Source of the DNA: Treponemataceae bacterium
GTDB taxonomy: Bacteria > Spirochaetota > Spirochaetia > Treponematales > Rectinemataceae
DNA length: 64,000 nt
Assembly: GCA_963677895.2 (NCBI GenBank)
Contig: CAXXGJ010000006.1
Coordinates: forward strand, 1-64,000
Direction of reading: 5' to 3'
Positions 8,448 through 17,367 of the stretch are shown here, in pieces. Made by a program: the position numbers and the translations under genes. The notes beneath the pieces are model-generated. The model did not search any database and was not told where the DNA came from. It saw nothing but the letters and a program-made list of their open reading frames with translations. The number at the start of each line of letters is the position of its first letter. The stretch's first letter is position 1.

Positions 8448-9272
8448 TTATTTTATCGAAAAACCCAAAGAAATGTAGTAAAGCCTACCCTTCTCGGTTT
8501 CGCAGAAGGTGGCGAGAAGACCGGTAAGATCGCTCGCGATCTCGGCGCCCAGCGATTCCGCCTTCTCGAAGATGCCGTTGAGGTCGCTCTTCCTGAGCGA
8601 GAAGGGGTCGTAGGTAGCCACGAGGGTACAGAGATTTTTTGATTTCGCGAAAAAAGAAACCGGCGGACTGAGGTCGAAATCGAAAGCCTTCGCCCATTCC
8701 TCGCGCACGCCGACGCCGATAGACACGGGAAGCCTGTCCACGGCGGGGTCGACAAGGCTCTCGCGGGGGACGTTGAGGGCGACGCAGGTGTATTGGGGAC
8801 GGGTCATCCACTGATCCAGGATGCGGAGCGCGGCGCGGCTCCGCTGCCCGCCTTCGCCGAAGAGGATGAGGCGATAAAGATTGAAGACTTGTTCCGCCCC
8901 GCGCACTTCCACCCGGCCCATGCGCGAGGGGATGGCGGTGAGCATCTCCCTTTGCTGACGCACCCGGGCGAGATTGAGCCGGAGCGACTCCAGCTCGGCC
9001 TCGATGGCTATTTCGTGCGCGGCGTAGAGTTCGGCCTGTTCCTCGATGCAGGCGTTGGCCTTGTCTATGATGGCCGGTATGGGCAGCTCGAGTCCGCGGC
9101 AAATCCTCGTCAGGAGCATGTCCACGGCGTTGGCGGCCGAATATTTGCGGTAATTGTTCGCCGCCACCCCTTCGGGGGCTATGATGCCGCGATTCACGTA
9201 ATGTCTCAGGGTCTCGCCGGTGACGCCGGTCAGTCTGCAGAACTCCCTGGCGCCGAAACTCGTCTTGTCCAT
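8448..9272 (-). CDS. MerR family transcriptional regulator
   Basis: FGAREFCRLTGVTGETLRHYVNRGII...NNYRKYS MerR HTH, coiled coil, large C-terminal effector domain. Confidence 0.88.
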   Translation of the reverse strand: MDKTSFGAREFCRLTGVTGETLRHYVNRGIIAPEGVAANNYRKYSAANAVDMLLTRICRGLELPIPAIIDKANACIEEQAELYAAHEIAIEAELESLRLNLARVRQQREMLTAIPSRMGRVEVRGAEQVFNLYRLILFGEGGQRSRAALRILDQWMTRPQYTCVALNVPRESLVDPAVDRLPVSIGVGVREEWAKAFDFDLSPPVSFFAKSKNLCTLVATYDPFSLRKSDLNGIFEKAESLGAEIASDLTGLLATFCETEKGRLYYISLGFSIK

Positions 9273-9355
9273 TCCGTCCGGTTTTCCTTTCCTAGAAAAG
9301 ACTAAAAATCATGTCGAGTATAGCCTTCCCCCCGGAAAAGCTTCAACCCGCCCGC

Positions 9356-9384
9356 TTGCGCCGAAAGCCCATCGCCGCTATGCT
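9356..9384 (+). promoter_or_regulatory. Sigma70 promoter, probably giving a leaderless mRNA
   Basis: TTGCGC-N17-TATGCT, then 6 nt to ATG 9391; no SD. Confidence 0.65.
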
Positions 9385-9390
9385 TTTCCC

Positions 9391-9969
9391 ATGGAAATCC
9401 CGCTAAGCCTGAAGAAGACAGCCGACGGCCGCCTGGTCTACGGCATTCCCCTTTGGTACCGCATAATGACGGGCATCATGATCGCCCTCATCCTAGGCGG
9501 CATGCTCACCACGGCAGGATCGCCCGGCCTCATCGCCTGGCTCATCCTCGTCCTCCTCGTCCTCGGAGCGCTCTACGAGGAAGTCTGGATCGTCGACCCG
9601 AAAGCCAGGACCGTCCGACACCTGGGCGGCCTTTGGCCAATAGCCCGCGCCCTAGTCGTGAACTTCGACGATGTCGAAGAGTTCGCCTTGGGGGCCTTTG
9701 CCCGCGGCACCGTCCCCGGATCGACCGAGGAATCGGCCGACAAGGAGAGAGCCTTCGCCATGATGAACGGCAAGGACACGAACGATGCCGGCAAGAGCGC
9801 CTTCCTCAAGCTGGGGGCGCGCAAACCCTACATCAACCTCCTCTTGAGAACCAAGTCAGGCGAAACCTACCTTGTAGACACCCTGCCGGCCCGCCGGGCA
9901 GGCAAACTCAAGAAAGCGGGCGAGGCGCTCGCGGAAGCCTGCGGAAGCCATTTTTCCGGCAAGAACTGA
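9391..9969 (+). CDS. Hypothetical membrane protein (2 TM plus soluble domain)
   Basis: Two hydrophobic helices near the N-terminus; host-like codon usage; start placed by the promoter geometry. Confidence 0.7.
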   Translation: MEIPLSLKKTADGRLVYGIPLWYRIMTGIMIALILGGMLTTAGSPGLIAWLILVLLVLGALYEEVWIVDPKARTVRHLGGLWPIARALVVNFDDVEEFALGAFARGTVPGSTEESADKERAFAMMNGKDTNDAGKSAFLKLGARKPYINLLLRTKSGETYLVDTLPARRAGKLKKAGEALAEACGSHFSGKN

Positions 9970-10007
9970 GACGCGACAGGCGCTTTCGCCTATAACAATG
10001 CAAATTG

Positions 10008-10052
10008 AAAAGGGGCAGCCCGCGGATCGGATCGATCCGCGGGCTGCCCCTT
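10008..10052. terminator. Long hairpin / terminator between convergent genes
   Basis: 20-bp perfect stem AAGGGGCAGCCCGCGGATCG-gat-CGATCCGCGGGCTGCCCCTT. Confidence 0.75.
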
Positions 10053-10157
10053 CGCATTATCATACTCGCGCTTCAGCCTATGATACCGGCGCTAAGGCGC
10101 ATGGCGCCGGCGCCTACGCCGAGGCAACGCCGAGGCGGCGGCCTCGGCGCGTCGCGG

Positions 10158-11162
10158 TCACTCCGGCTTGTGGTAGAGGAAGCAGGCCACCTGGTGGCCG
10201 CTTTCGGTCTCCTTGAGCATGGGCCTGTATTTCTTGCAGATATCCATGCGCTTCCAGCAGCGGTCGTAGAAATAGCAGCCGGGACGCTGCTTGTCCGGCG
10301 AGGGCACGTCGCCCGTCAGGATGATGCGCTGGCGCTTGGCCTCGACCTTGGGGTCGGGGATGGGCGCGGCCGAAAGCAGGGCCTGGGTATAGGGATGCAG
10401 GGGGTTCTTATACAGATCCTTCGAACCCGAAATCTCCACGATCAGACCCAGATACATGACGGCCACTCTGTCGGAAATATACTGGATGACGGCGAGGTCG
10501 TGGGCGATGAAGAGATAGGTGAGTCCGAATTCCTTCTGCAGATCCTTGAAGAGATTGAGGATCTGAGACTGGATGGAGACGTCGAGGGCCGAGACCGGCT
10601 CGTCGCAGAGCATGAGCTCCGGCTTGAGGGCGAGGGCGCGGGCGATCCCGATCCTCTGGCGCTGACCGCCCGAGAACTCGTGCGGGTAGCGGTTCTTGAA
10701 GAAACGCGAAAGCCCCACGCGCTCCATGAGATTGTCCACCCTGTCGTTGCGTTCCTCGCCGCTCATGTCGAGAAGGCCGCGCTGCTGGAATATCTTCATG
10801 GGCTCGGAGATGATTTCGCCCGCCGTCATGCGAGGATTGAGCGAGGCGTAGGGATCCTGGAAAACCATCTGCATATTCTTGCGCGCCGAAAGAAGATCGT
10901 GCGCCGAGGTCTTCATCAGATCCTTGCCCTTGAGGAAAACCTCGCCGGCCGTGGGCTTGTAGAGCTGGGCTATGGCGCGGACGGTCGTGGACTTTCCGCA
11001 GCCCGATTCGCCCACGAGACCGAGGGTTTCGCCCCGCTTTATCTGGAAACTGATGCCGTCCACCGCGTAGATATAGCCCTTTTCCTTGGAAAAGAGAGAC
11101 CTCCCCAGGGAAAAGTGCATTTTGAGGTTGCGTACGTCCAGCAATACTTCGTTTTCGCTCAT
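10158..11162 (-). CDS. oppF: Oligopeptide ABC transporter ATPase
   Basis: [25 protein letters not shown]-terminal Cys cluster; true start MSENEVLL overlaps the oppD stop. Confidence 0.93.
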   Translation of the reverse strand: MSENEVLLDVRNLKMHFSLGRSLFSKEKGYIYAVDGISFQIKRGETLGLVGESGCGKSTTVRAIAQLYKPTAGEVFLKGKDLMKTSAHDLLSARKNMQMVFQDPYASLNPRMTAGEIISEPMKIFQQRGLLDMSGEERNDRVDNLMERVGLSRFFKNRYPHEFSGGQRQRIGIARALALKPELMLCDEPVSALDVSIQSQILNLFKDLQKEFGLTYLFIAHDLAVIQYISDRVAVMYLGLIVEISGSKDLYKNPLHPYTQALLSAAPIPDPKVEAKRQRIILTGDVPSPDKQRPGCYFYDRCWKRMDICKKYRPMLKETESGHQVACFLYHKPE

Positions 11163-12145
11163 TTCTTTTCCTCCGCGTAGAGCCAGCACGACACGGCGCG
11201 GCCATTTTCCGAATGCACGACGGTGGGATATTTCTTCTTGCAGATATCCATCGCCTTTTCGCAGCGCGGATAGAAAGGACAGCAGTCCGGAAGGTCTATG
11301 ACGTTGGGCGGTTGTCCCTGGATGGAGAACAGACGCTCGGAATTCTCCCTGTCCAGCCGGGGCACCGAGTGGATGAGACCCTGCGTATAGGGATGCATGG
11401 GCTCGCCGAAAATATCCTCGGTCCGCCCGCGTTCCACCACCCTGCCCGCGTACATGACGCAGATGGTGTTGCACATGCCGGCCACGACGCCCAAGGAATG
11501 GGTGATCAGGATGACGGCCGTCCCCAGCTTTTTGGTGAGATCCTTCATCAGCTCGAGAATCTGTGCCTGGATAGTGACGTCGAGGGCGCTCGTCGGCTCG
11601 TCCGCGATGAGGATTTCGGGATTGCAGGAAAGCCCCATGGCGATCATGACGCGCTGGCGCATGCCGCCGGAGAACTGGTGCGGATACTGGTCGATGCGCT
11701 TCTCGGGCGCGGGAATGCCGGCCAGTTTGAGCATCTCGATGGCCTTCGCCTTGGCCGCCTTCTTGTCCAGCCCCTGATGGAGGACGATGGTCTCTATCAT
11801 CTGGGTGGAAACCTTGAGGAAGGGGTTGAGCGAGGTCATCGGATCCTGGAAAATCATCGAAATCTTGTTTCCGCGGATATGGCGGATCTCGTTCGCGGAC
11901 ATTTTGAGAATGTCCTTGTCGTGGAAAAGCACCTGGCCGCCGGCGATCTTTCCGGGCGGGTTCGGGATGAGGTTGATTATGGAAAGATTGGTGACGCTCT
12001 TGCCGGAACCGGACTCCCCCACGATGCCGAGCGTCTCGCCCTTGTGCAGGTCGAAACTCACGCCATCGACGGCTTTCACGATCCCCTCGTCAACGTGGAA
12101 ATATGTCTTCAGGTCCTTGACCTGTAGGATGACTTCTTCTGTCAT
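11159..12145 (-). CDS. oppD: Oligopeptide ABC transporter ATPase
   Basis: GESGSGKS, FSGGMRQR, DEPTSALD. Confidence 0.93.
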   Translation of the reverse strand: MTEEVILQVKDLKTYFHVDEGIVKAVDGVSFDLHKGETLGIVGESGSGKSVTNLSIINLIPNPPGKIAGGQVLFHDKDILKMSANEIRHIRGNKISMIFQDPMTSLNPFLKVSTQMIETIVLHQGLDKKAAKAKAIEMLKLAGIPAPEKRIDQYPHQFSGGMRQRVMIAMGLSCNPEILIADEPTSALDVTIQAQILELMKDLTKKLGTAVILITHSLGVVAGMCNTICVMYAGRVVERGRTEDIFGEPMHPYTQGLIHSVPRLDRENSERLFSIQGQPPNVIDLPDCCPFYPRCEKAMDICKKKYPTVVHSENGRAVSCWLYAEEKK

Positions 12146-12161
12146 GCTTGCGGCTCCTTGC

Positions 12162-13406
12162 TCAGGTTCGGTTTTTGCTCTGCGGATCCAGCGCGTCGCG
12201 CAGACCGTCTCCCAGGAAGTTCATAGAGAACAGGAAGATAGTCATCGCAATCGCCGGGCCCAGGAGCTGCCAGGTCGAATACTCCATCGCTTTGACGCCC
12301 TCGGAAACCAGGGTCCCCCAGGACGCGTCGGGCGCCGAAACGCCGAGGCCAAGGAAGGAGAGGAAAGACTCGTTCATGATGAAGCTGGGCATCAGCAGGG
12401 TGGAAAAAACCACGATGACGCCCAAGGTGTTCGGGAGCAGGTGCCGGAAGATGATCCTCGGCACGCTCGCGCCCATGGACCTGGCCGCCTCGACAAACTC
12501 GGAGTTTTTCAGGCTGATGATCTGGCCGCGCACGACGCGCGCTATCGTAAGCCAGGACACCAGGGCTATCGCGACGAAGAGGATGATGAAACTCCCCCTC
12601 GCCTTCTCGCCGATCATCGCCATGATGATGATGACCATGAGCATATAGGGCAGGCCATACATGATATCGACGAAACGCATCATGAGATTGTCGAGCCAGC
12701 CGCCGATGTAGCCTGAAACCGCGCCGAAGATGATGCCCACCAGGGCGGCGGTGAGGGTGCCCACGATGCCGATGGCGAGGGAAATCCTTCCGCCGTAGAT
12801 GATGCGGGAGAACATGTCGCGTCCGAGATTATCGGTACCAAGAATGTACACTTTTTTGTAATCGGGATTAGTCTCCTCTTCGGCCTTGGCCTTTACGAGG
12901 GCTTCCTTCTGGTAATCAAGCTCCCTCTGCAAAGGATCGGATGAAGAAGAGACATCCGTACCCGAACCTCCAAAGTTGAGGGAGAAATTCATGTTTGGAT
13001 CCACTTCACCTTCGGCAGGAACTTCTTCGGCTGCGGGACCAAAATTAAAGCCGGTCGAAAGATCGTAGCTCGTCTCGGCTTGCGTTGCTTGATGCGACTT
13101 GATCGTCTCTTCGAGATCGATGATTCGTCCTTCCAGCTTCTTTATCACGAGCTGGCCGGCCGGCTTAAAGGAAGGCGGTAGGGTCGCATTAGAAAGGATC
13201 TGCTCTTTATAATTGTGGATGACTCCCATTTTCGTAAGAAAGGGGGCTGAAAGAGCTATTAGGATATATCCCAACACAATATAGAGGCTGACGAGCGCCA
13301 TCCTGTTTTTGCGCAGCCTCTTCCAGGCATCCGCCCAGAGGGAGACCGGCTTCATCACCTGATTGAACTCGTTGACCGCCTGCGTTTCTTTCTTGTTGTC
13401 ACTCAT
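12162..13406 (-). CDS. oppC: Oligopeptide ABC permease with enlarged periplasmic insert
   Basis: SLWADAWKRLRKN, LGTDNLGRD and EAA loop; long acidic insertion after TM1. Confidence 0.92.
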   Translation of the reverse strand: MSDNKKETQAVNEFNQVMKPVSLWADAWKRLRKNRMALVSLYIVLGYILIALSAPFLTKMGVIHNYKEQILSNATLPPSFKPAGQLVIKKLEGRIIDLEETIKSHQATQAETSYDLSTGFNFGPAAEEVPAEGEVDPNMNFSLNFGGSGTDVSSSSDPLQRELDYQKEALVKAKAEEETNPDYKKVYILGTDNLGRDMFSRIIYGGRISLAIGIVGTLTAALVGIIFGAVSGYIGGWLDNLMMRFVDIMYGLPYMLMVIIIMAMIGEKARGSFIILFVAIALVSWLTIARVVRGQIISLKNSEFVEAARSMGASVPRIIFRHLLPNTLGVIVVFSTLLMPSFIMNESFLSFLGLGVSAPDASWGTLVSEGVKAMEYSTWQLLGPAIAMTIFLFSMNFLGDGLRDALDPQSKNRT

Positions 13407-13415
13407 TCCTGACTC

Positions 13416-14342
13416 CTACTTGTAAGAAATGCGCGGATCGAGGAATCCGTAGATGATGTCCACGATAAGGTTGGCCATGATGAGGACGATCGAATAGACG
13501 ACGACCTCCCCCATGATCAAGGTGTAATCGCGGTTGATGGCGGACTGGACGAAGGGCCTTCCGATGCCGGGCACGAGGAAGACCGATTCGACCACGACGG
13601 AGCCTACGACGATGCCGGAAAAAGCCGGGCCGAGGTAGGTGACGACGGGAAGAAGGGCGCCTTTCAGCACGTGCTTCCACACGACGACCGATTCCTTAAG
13701 CCCCTTGGCGCGCGCCGTCCTGATGTAGTCGGAACGAAGCACCTCGAGAATGCTCGCGCGGGAAAGCCTGGCGATATAGGCGAAATAGGGGAAGGACAGG
13801 GTAAGCGCCGGTAGGATGATCGCCTTCCATCCGTGAACCGACACCCATTGCCCCATAGGCAAGATTTTCCACCTCATGCCGAGGAAAAGCTGCAGGACGG
13901 GACCCATGACGAACAGCGGCACCGAAATGCCCACAACGGCGATCGACACCGCGACATAATCGGGCCACTTGTTCTGCCTGAGCGCCGATATGATGCCGAC
14001 GGCCACGCCCGAGAAGACGGACATGACGAGGGCGGTGACGCCGAGGGCCATCGACACGGGCAGCCCCTGGTCGATCATCTCGTTGACCGTGATATCCCTG
14101 TATCGGAAGGAAGGGCCCAGATCCCAGCGAAGAATATCGCCCAAGTAGCGTAAATATTGTTTGCCGAGGGACTCGTCCATATGGTAACGCTTGAGGAGGT
14201 TCTGGAGGATTATCTCCGGAACATCCTTTTCCCGTGAAAACGGGCCGCCGGGAGCGAGCCTGATCATGAAGAAGCTCAAGGTTATGATGATGAGCAGCGT
14301 GGGAATCAGGCTCAGCACTCTCCGAATGAAATAACGTGCCAT
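13416..14342 (-). CDS. oppB: Oligopeptide ABC permease
   Basis: APGGPF, DYIRTARAKGL, NRDY motifs. Confidence 0.93.
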   Translation of the reverse strand: MARYFIRRVLSLIPTLLIIITLSFFMIRLAPGGPFSREKDVPEIILQNLLKRYHMDESLGKQYLRYLGDILRWDLGPSFRYRDITVNEMIDQGLPVSMALGVTALVMSVFSGVAVGIISALRQNKWPDYVAVSIAVVGISVPLFVMGPVLQLFLGMRWKILPMGQWVSVHGWKAIILPALTLSFPYFAYIARLSRASILEVLRSDYIRTARAKGLKESVVVWKHVLKGALLPVVTYLGPAFSGIVVGSVVVESVFLVPGIGRPFVQSAINRDYTLIMGEVVVYSIVLIMANLIVDIIYGFLDPRISYK

Positions 14343-14523
14343 TCGGGATCACTCCTTTTTTTATCTGCCATGCGCGCAGCTACCCCGTAAAAAACCAACG
14401 TGGCAGATTCGCGTGACAAGGATTATAGGATGAGCTGAGAACTTCGGTAGTCTCAAGGGAACCAATTATAGCCCAAAATGCTGAAACGTGCTAGGGCCTT
14501 ATTTCACGGGGAAGGCGCCGGAC

Positions 14524-14552
14524 AAAAAAAGGCCGGGGAAAACCCCGGCCTT
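14524..14552 (-). terminator. Intrinsic terminator between oppA and oppB
   Basis: GGCCGGGG-AAAA-CCCCGGCC stem followed by U7 on the minus strand. Confidence 0.8.
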
Positions 14553-14574
14553 GGACGCATGATTCAATCCGCGC

Positions 14575-16122
14575 TTATTTCTTGGGGCGGATGAATTTCC
14601 ACAGATGCTCATCCATCGGGTTCGAATACCAGCCATCCCACTTAGTGAGGTCGATCATATTCTGAGTAACATAGAAGTAAACTGGCATTATTGCCATATC
14701 TTGATCGATGAGGATAGTTTCAGCATCACCAAGATTTTTCATGCGTTCTGCACCGGAAGTGATTTTTGCTTTTGCAATTAAATCATCATACTTTTTGTTC
14801 GAATACAGGCCATCATTCTGGGTTCCTCCGGTGACCCACATATCGCTGAAGGTCGAGGGATCCAGATAGTCGGCGATCCAGCCGGCGCGAGCTATGTCGA
14901 AGGCGTGGGACTGGGACCTGGTGTCGAGGTAGGTACCCCACTCCTGATTCACGAGAGTGACATCGACGCCGAGATTGGTCTTCCACTGGGCCTGGATAAA
15001 TTCGGCAATTTTCTTGTGGTTTGAGCTAGTATTATAGAGTATGGAGAATGATGGAAAGCCCTTGCCGCCCGGATAGCCAGCTTCGGCGAGGAGTTTGCGT
15101 GCAGTCTCTGCATCGAAGCTAAAACCCTTGGGGGAAGGATAGCCCGTGCTGGGTGGAACAAAGGTATTTGCCGGGATTTGGCCACCTAGAGTGACTTGTT
15201 CAACAAGCGCTTTCTTGTCAAATCCCATTGCAAGAGCCTTGCGGACGCGGGCATCGTCGAGTGGTTTATGAGTGACATTGAGGATATAGTAATAAGATCC
15301 GTACTGTGGGGCAACATGGAAGTCCTTGCGCAGCTTTATCTCATTTACCAGTTCAGACGGTACCGCATTAATCCAATCGGCTGCACCGCTCTTGTAGAGG
15401 TTGTAGCCAACATTCAAGTCTTCATTGGCAATAAAGGTCACCTTTTTAAGCACGACATTCTTTGCATCCCAATACTTGGGATTCTTTGTGACAACAACAC
15501 TTTCCTGAGGTTTGTATGCACTGAGGACGAAGGGGCCATTAGATACCCAGTTCTCAGCCTTGACCCACTCATTGCCGAACTTCTCGATCGCGTGCATAGG
15601 AACGATTGCGAAGGCGTAATGACAAGCCATGTCGGGGAAGAAGGGGGTGGCGCCGACGAGCTTGACTTCGAAGGTGGATTTATCCACGGCGCGGATCTTC
15701 ACTGCCTCGGGGCCGGCCTTGCCGGAGAGGTAGTCCATGCCGCCCTCGATATACCCGGCCGGAAGGTCGGCGTACTGGAAAGCGTTCTTGGGATCCATCT
15801 TGCGCAGCCAGGACTTGACCACGGTGTCGGCGGTGATTTCGACGCCATCGGACCAGGTCGCCTTGCGAAGCTTGAAGGTGATGGTTTTGTAGTCTTTACT
15901 AAAGCTCCAGCTTTCAGCGATACCTGGCAACGCGCGGTTCGTTTTCGGGTCAGGAATGGTGAGCCCCTCAAAGAGTGCCATATAAATTCTATGTTCGGGC
16001 ACACCTTCCACTGCATGGGGATCGAGAGATGCAGGTTCGGCGCCGTTTACAATTGTAAAATCTTGAGCGCCAAGCGCAAAGACCATAAGAAACGCGAAAA
16101 GAACTATAATGCTCTTTTTCAT
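14575..16122 (-). CDS. oppA: Oligopeptide ABC substrate-binding protein
   Basis: NGAEPASLDP, VSNGPF, KNPKYWD, RAGWIADYLDP; signal peptide; SD GGAGG. Confidence 0.93.
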   Translation of the reverse strand: MKKSIIVLFAFLMVFALGAQDFTIVNGAEPASLDPHAVEGVPEHRIYMALFEGLTIPDPKTNRALPGIAESWSFSKDYKTITFKLRKATWSDGVEITADTVVKSWLRKMDPKNAFQYADLPAGYIEGGMDYLSGKAGPEAVKIRAVDKSTFEVKLVGATPFFPDMACHYAFAIVPMHAIEKFGNEWVKAENWVSNGPFVLSAYKPQESVVVTKNPKYWDAKNVVLKKVTFIANEDLNVGYNLYKSGAADWINAVPSELVNEIKLRKDFHVAPQYGSYYYILNVTHKPLDDARVRKALAMGFDKKALVEQVTLGGQIPANTFVPPSTGYPSPKGFSFDAETARKLLAEAGYPGGKGFPSFSILYNTSSNHKKIAEFIQAQWKTNLGVDVTLVNQEWGTYLDTRSQSHAFDIARAGWIADYLDPSTFSDMWVTGGTQNDGLYSNKKYDDLIAKAKITSGAERMKNLGDAETILIDQDMAIMPVYFYVTQNMIDLTKWDGWYSNPMDEHLWKFIRPKK

Positions 16123-16206
16123 TCGTACCTCCTGTTAAAATTGTACTGCTTGAACTATATACTTGCCACAACAGGAATGCAACAATAATTTTTCATGGAG
16201 CGATTC

Positions 16207-17367
16207 ATGTTTACCTTTAATTCACCGACCAGACTCGTTTTCGGAAACGGCGTCGCCAGAACGGCGGCCAGGGAAATCGCCGCAATGGGTTCGCGCAAGG
16301 TCCTCATCGTCACGGGCCCCGGCCGGACGGCATCCTCGGAAGCCGTGGCGAGCCTGAAACTGAGCCTGGAAGAAAACGGAATAGCCTATTCCCATTACGC
16401 TGGGGCGGGGGCCGACCCCTCGACCTCCATGGTGGACGAGGGCGCGGCGCGCTATAAAAACGAAGGCTGCGACGCCATCATCGGATTCGGCGGCGGCAGC
16501 CCCCTCGACTGCGCGAAAGGCATAGGAGCGTCGATCGGCGAGGGCAGACCCATAAGGGATTTCATCGGCACGGGGCTCGCCTTCGGCGCTCCCGTCCCTC
16601 CCCTCCTGGCGATTCCCACGACGGCGGGCACTGGCTCGGAAGTGACGAACGCCGCAGTCTTCACCTATACGGAGGGCGACCGAAAAGTGAAGAAAGGAAC
16701 GGCCGGGCAGTCCCTCTTCCCCCGCGTCGCCCTCGTCGACCCCCTCCTGCAAGTTTCGATGCCTCCGGAACTCACCGCGGCCACGGGCATGGACGCCCTG
16801 ACGCACGCCGTGGAAGCCTACGTGAGCAGATCGCACACGCCGGTCGCCGACCTTTTCTGCCTGGAAGCGATACGGCTCATCGGTGAAAACCTCAAAAGGG
16901 CGCACAAACACGGCGACGACCTGGACGCCAGGGCAGGCATGGCTCTCGCCTCGACGATGGCCGGCGTGGCCCTGTCGCAGGCGGGCCTGGGAATGGTGCA
17001 CGGCTTCGCGCACGCCGCAGGCGCCCTGGCCGGACTGCCCCATGGGCTGGCCAACGCGATCATACTCCCCTACGTCATGCAGGCATGTATCCCCGACGCC
17101 AGCATAAGGCTTTCCAGCATCGGCAAGGCGCTGACGGGAAGGCACTCGGCCACCGCGATAGACGCCGTGGGAGCCATGGCGGAACTGGGCGCCGAAATAG
17201 GCATCCCGCCCAACCTTTTCAGCGCGGGGGTTTCGGAAGATCTCCTGCAGGCCATCTTCGACGACGCGAAAACCTACAAGCGAAGGCCGCAGAGCCCGCG
17301 CGCCTTCACCGACGAGGAGCTGAAAATCCTCCTCCGGAAGGCCTGGTCGGAGAATATGGCGGAGTAG
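16207..17367 (+). CDS. Iron-containing alcohol dehydrogenase
   Basis: GGGSPLD, PTTAGTGSEVT, GMDALTHAVE, HGFAH, HGLAN motifs. Confidence 0.92.
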   Translation: MFTFNSPTRLVFGNGVARTAAREIAAMGSRKVLIVTGPGRTASSEAVASLKLSLEENGIAYSHYAGAGADPSTSMVDEGAARYKNEGCDAIIGFGGGSPLDCAKGIGASIGEGRPIRDFIGTGLAFGAPVPPLLAIPTTAGTGSEVTNAAVFTYTEGDRKVKKGTAGQSLFPRVALVDPLLQVSMPPELTAATGMDALTHAVEAYVSRSHTPVADLFCLEAIRLIGENLKRAHKHGDDLDARAGMALASTMAGVALSQAGLGMVHGFAHAAGALAGLPHGLANAIILPYVMQACIPDASIRLSSIGKALTGRHSATAIDAVGAMAELGAEIGIPPNLFSAGVSEDLLQAIFDDAKTYKRRPQSPRAFTDEELKILLRKAWSENMAE

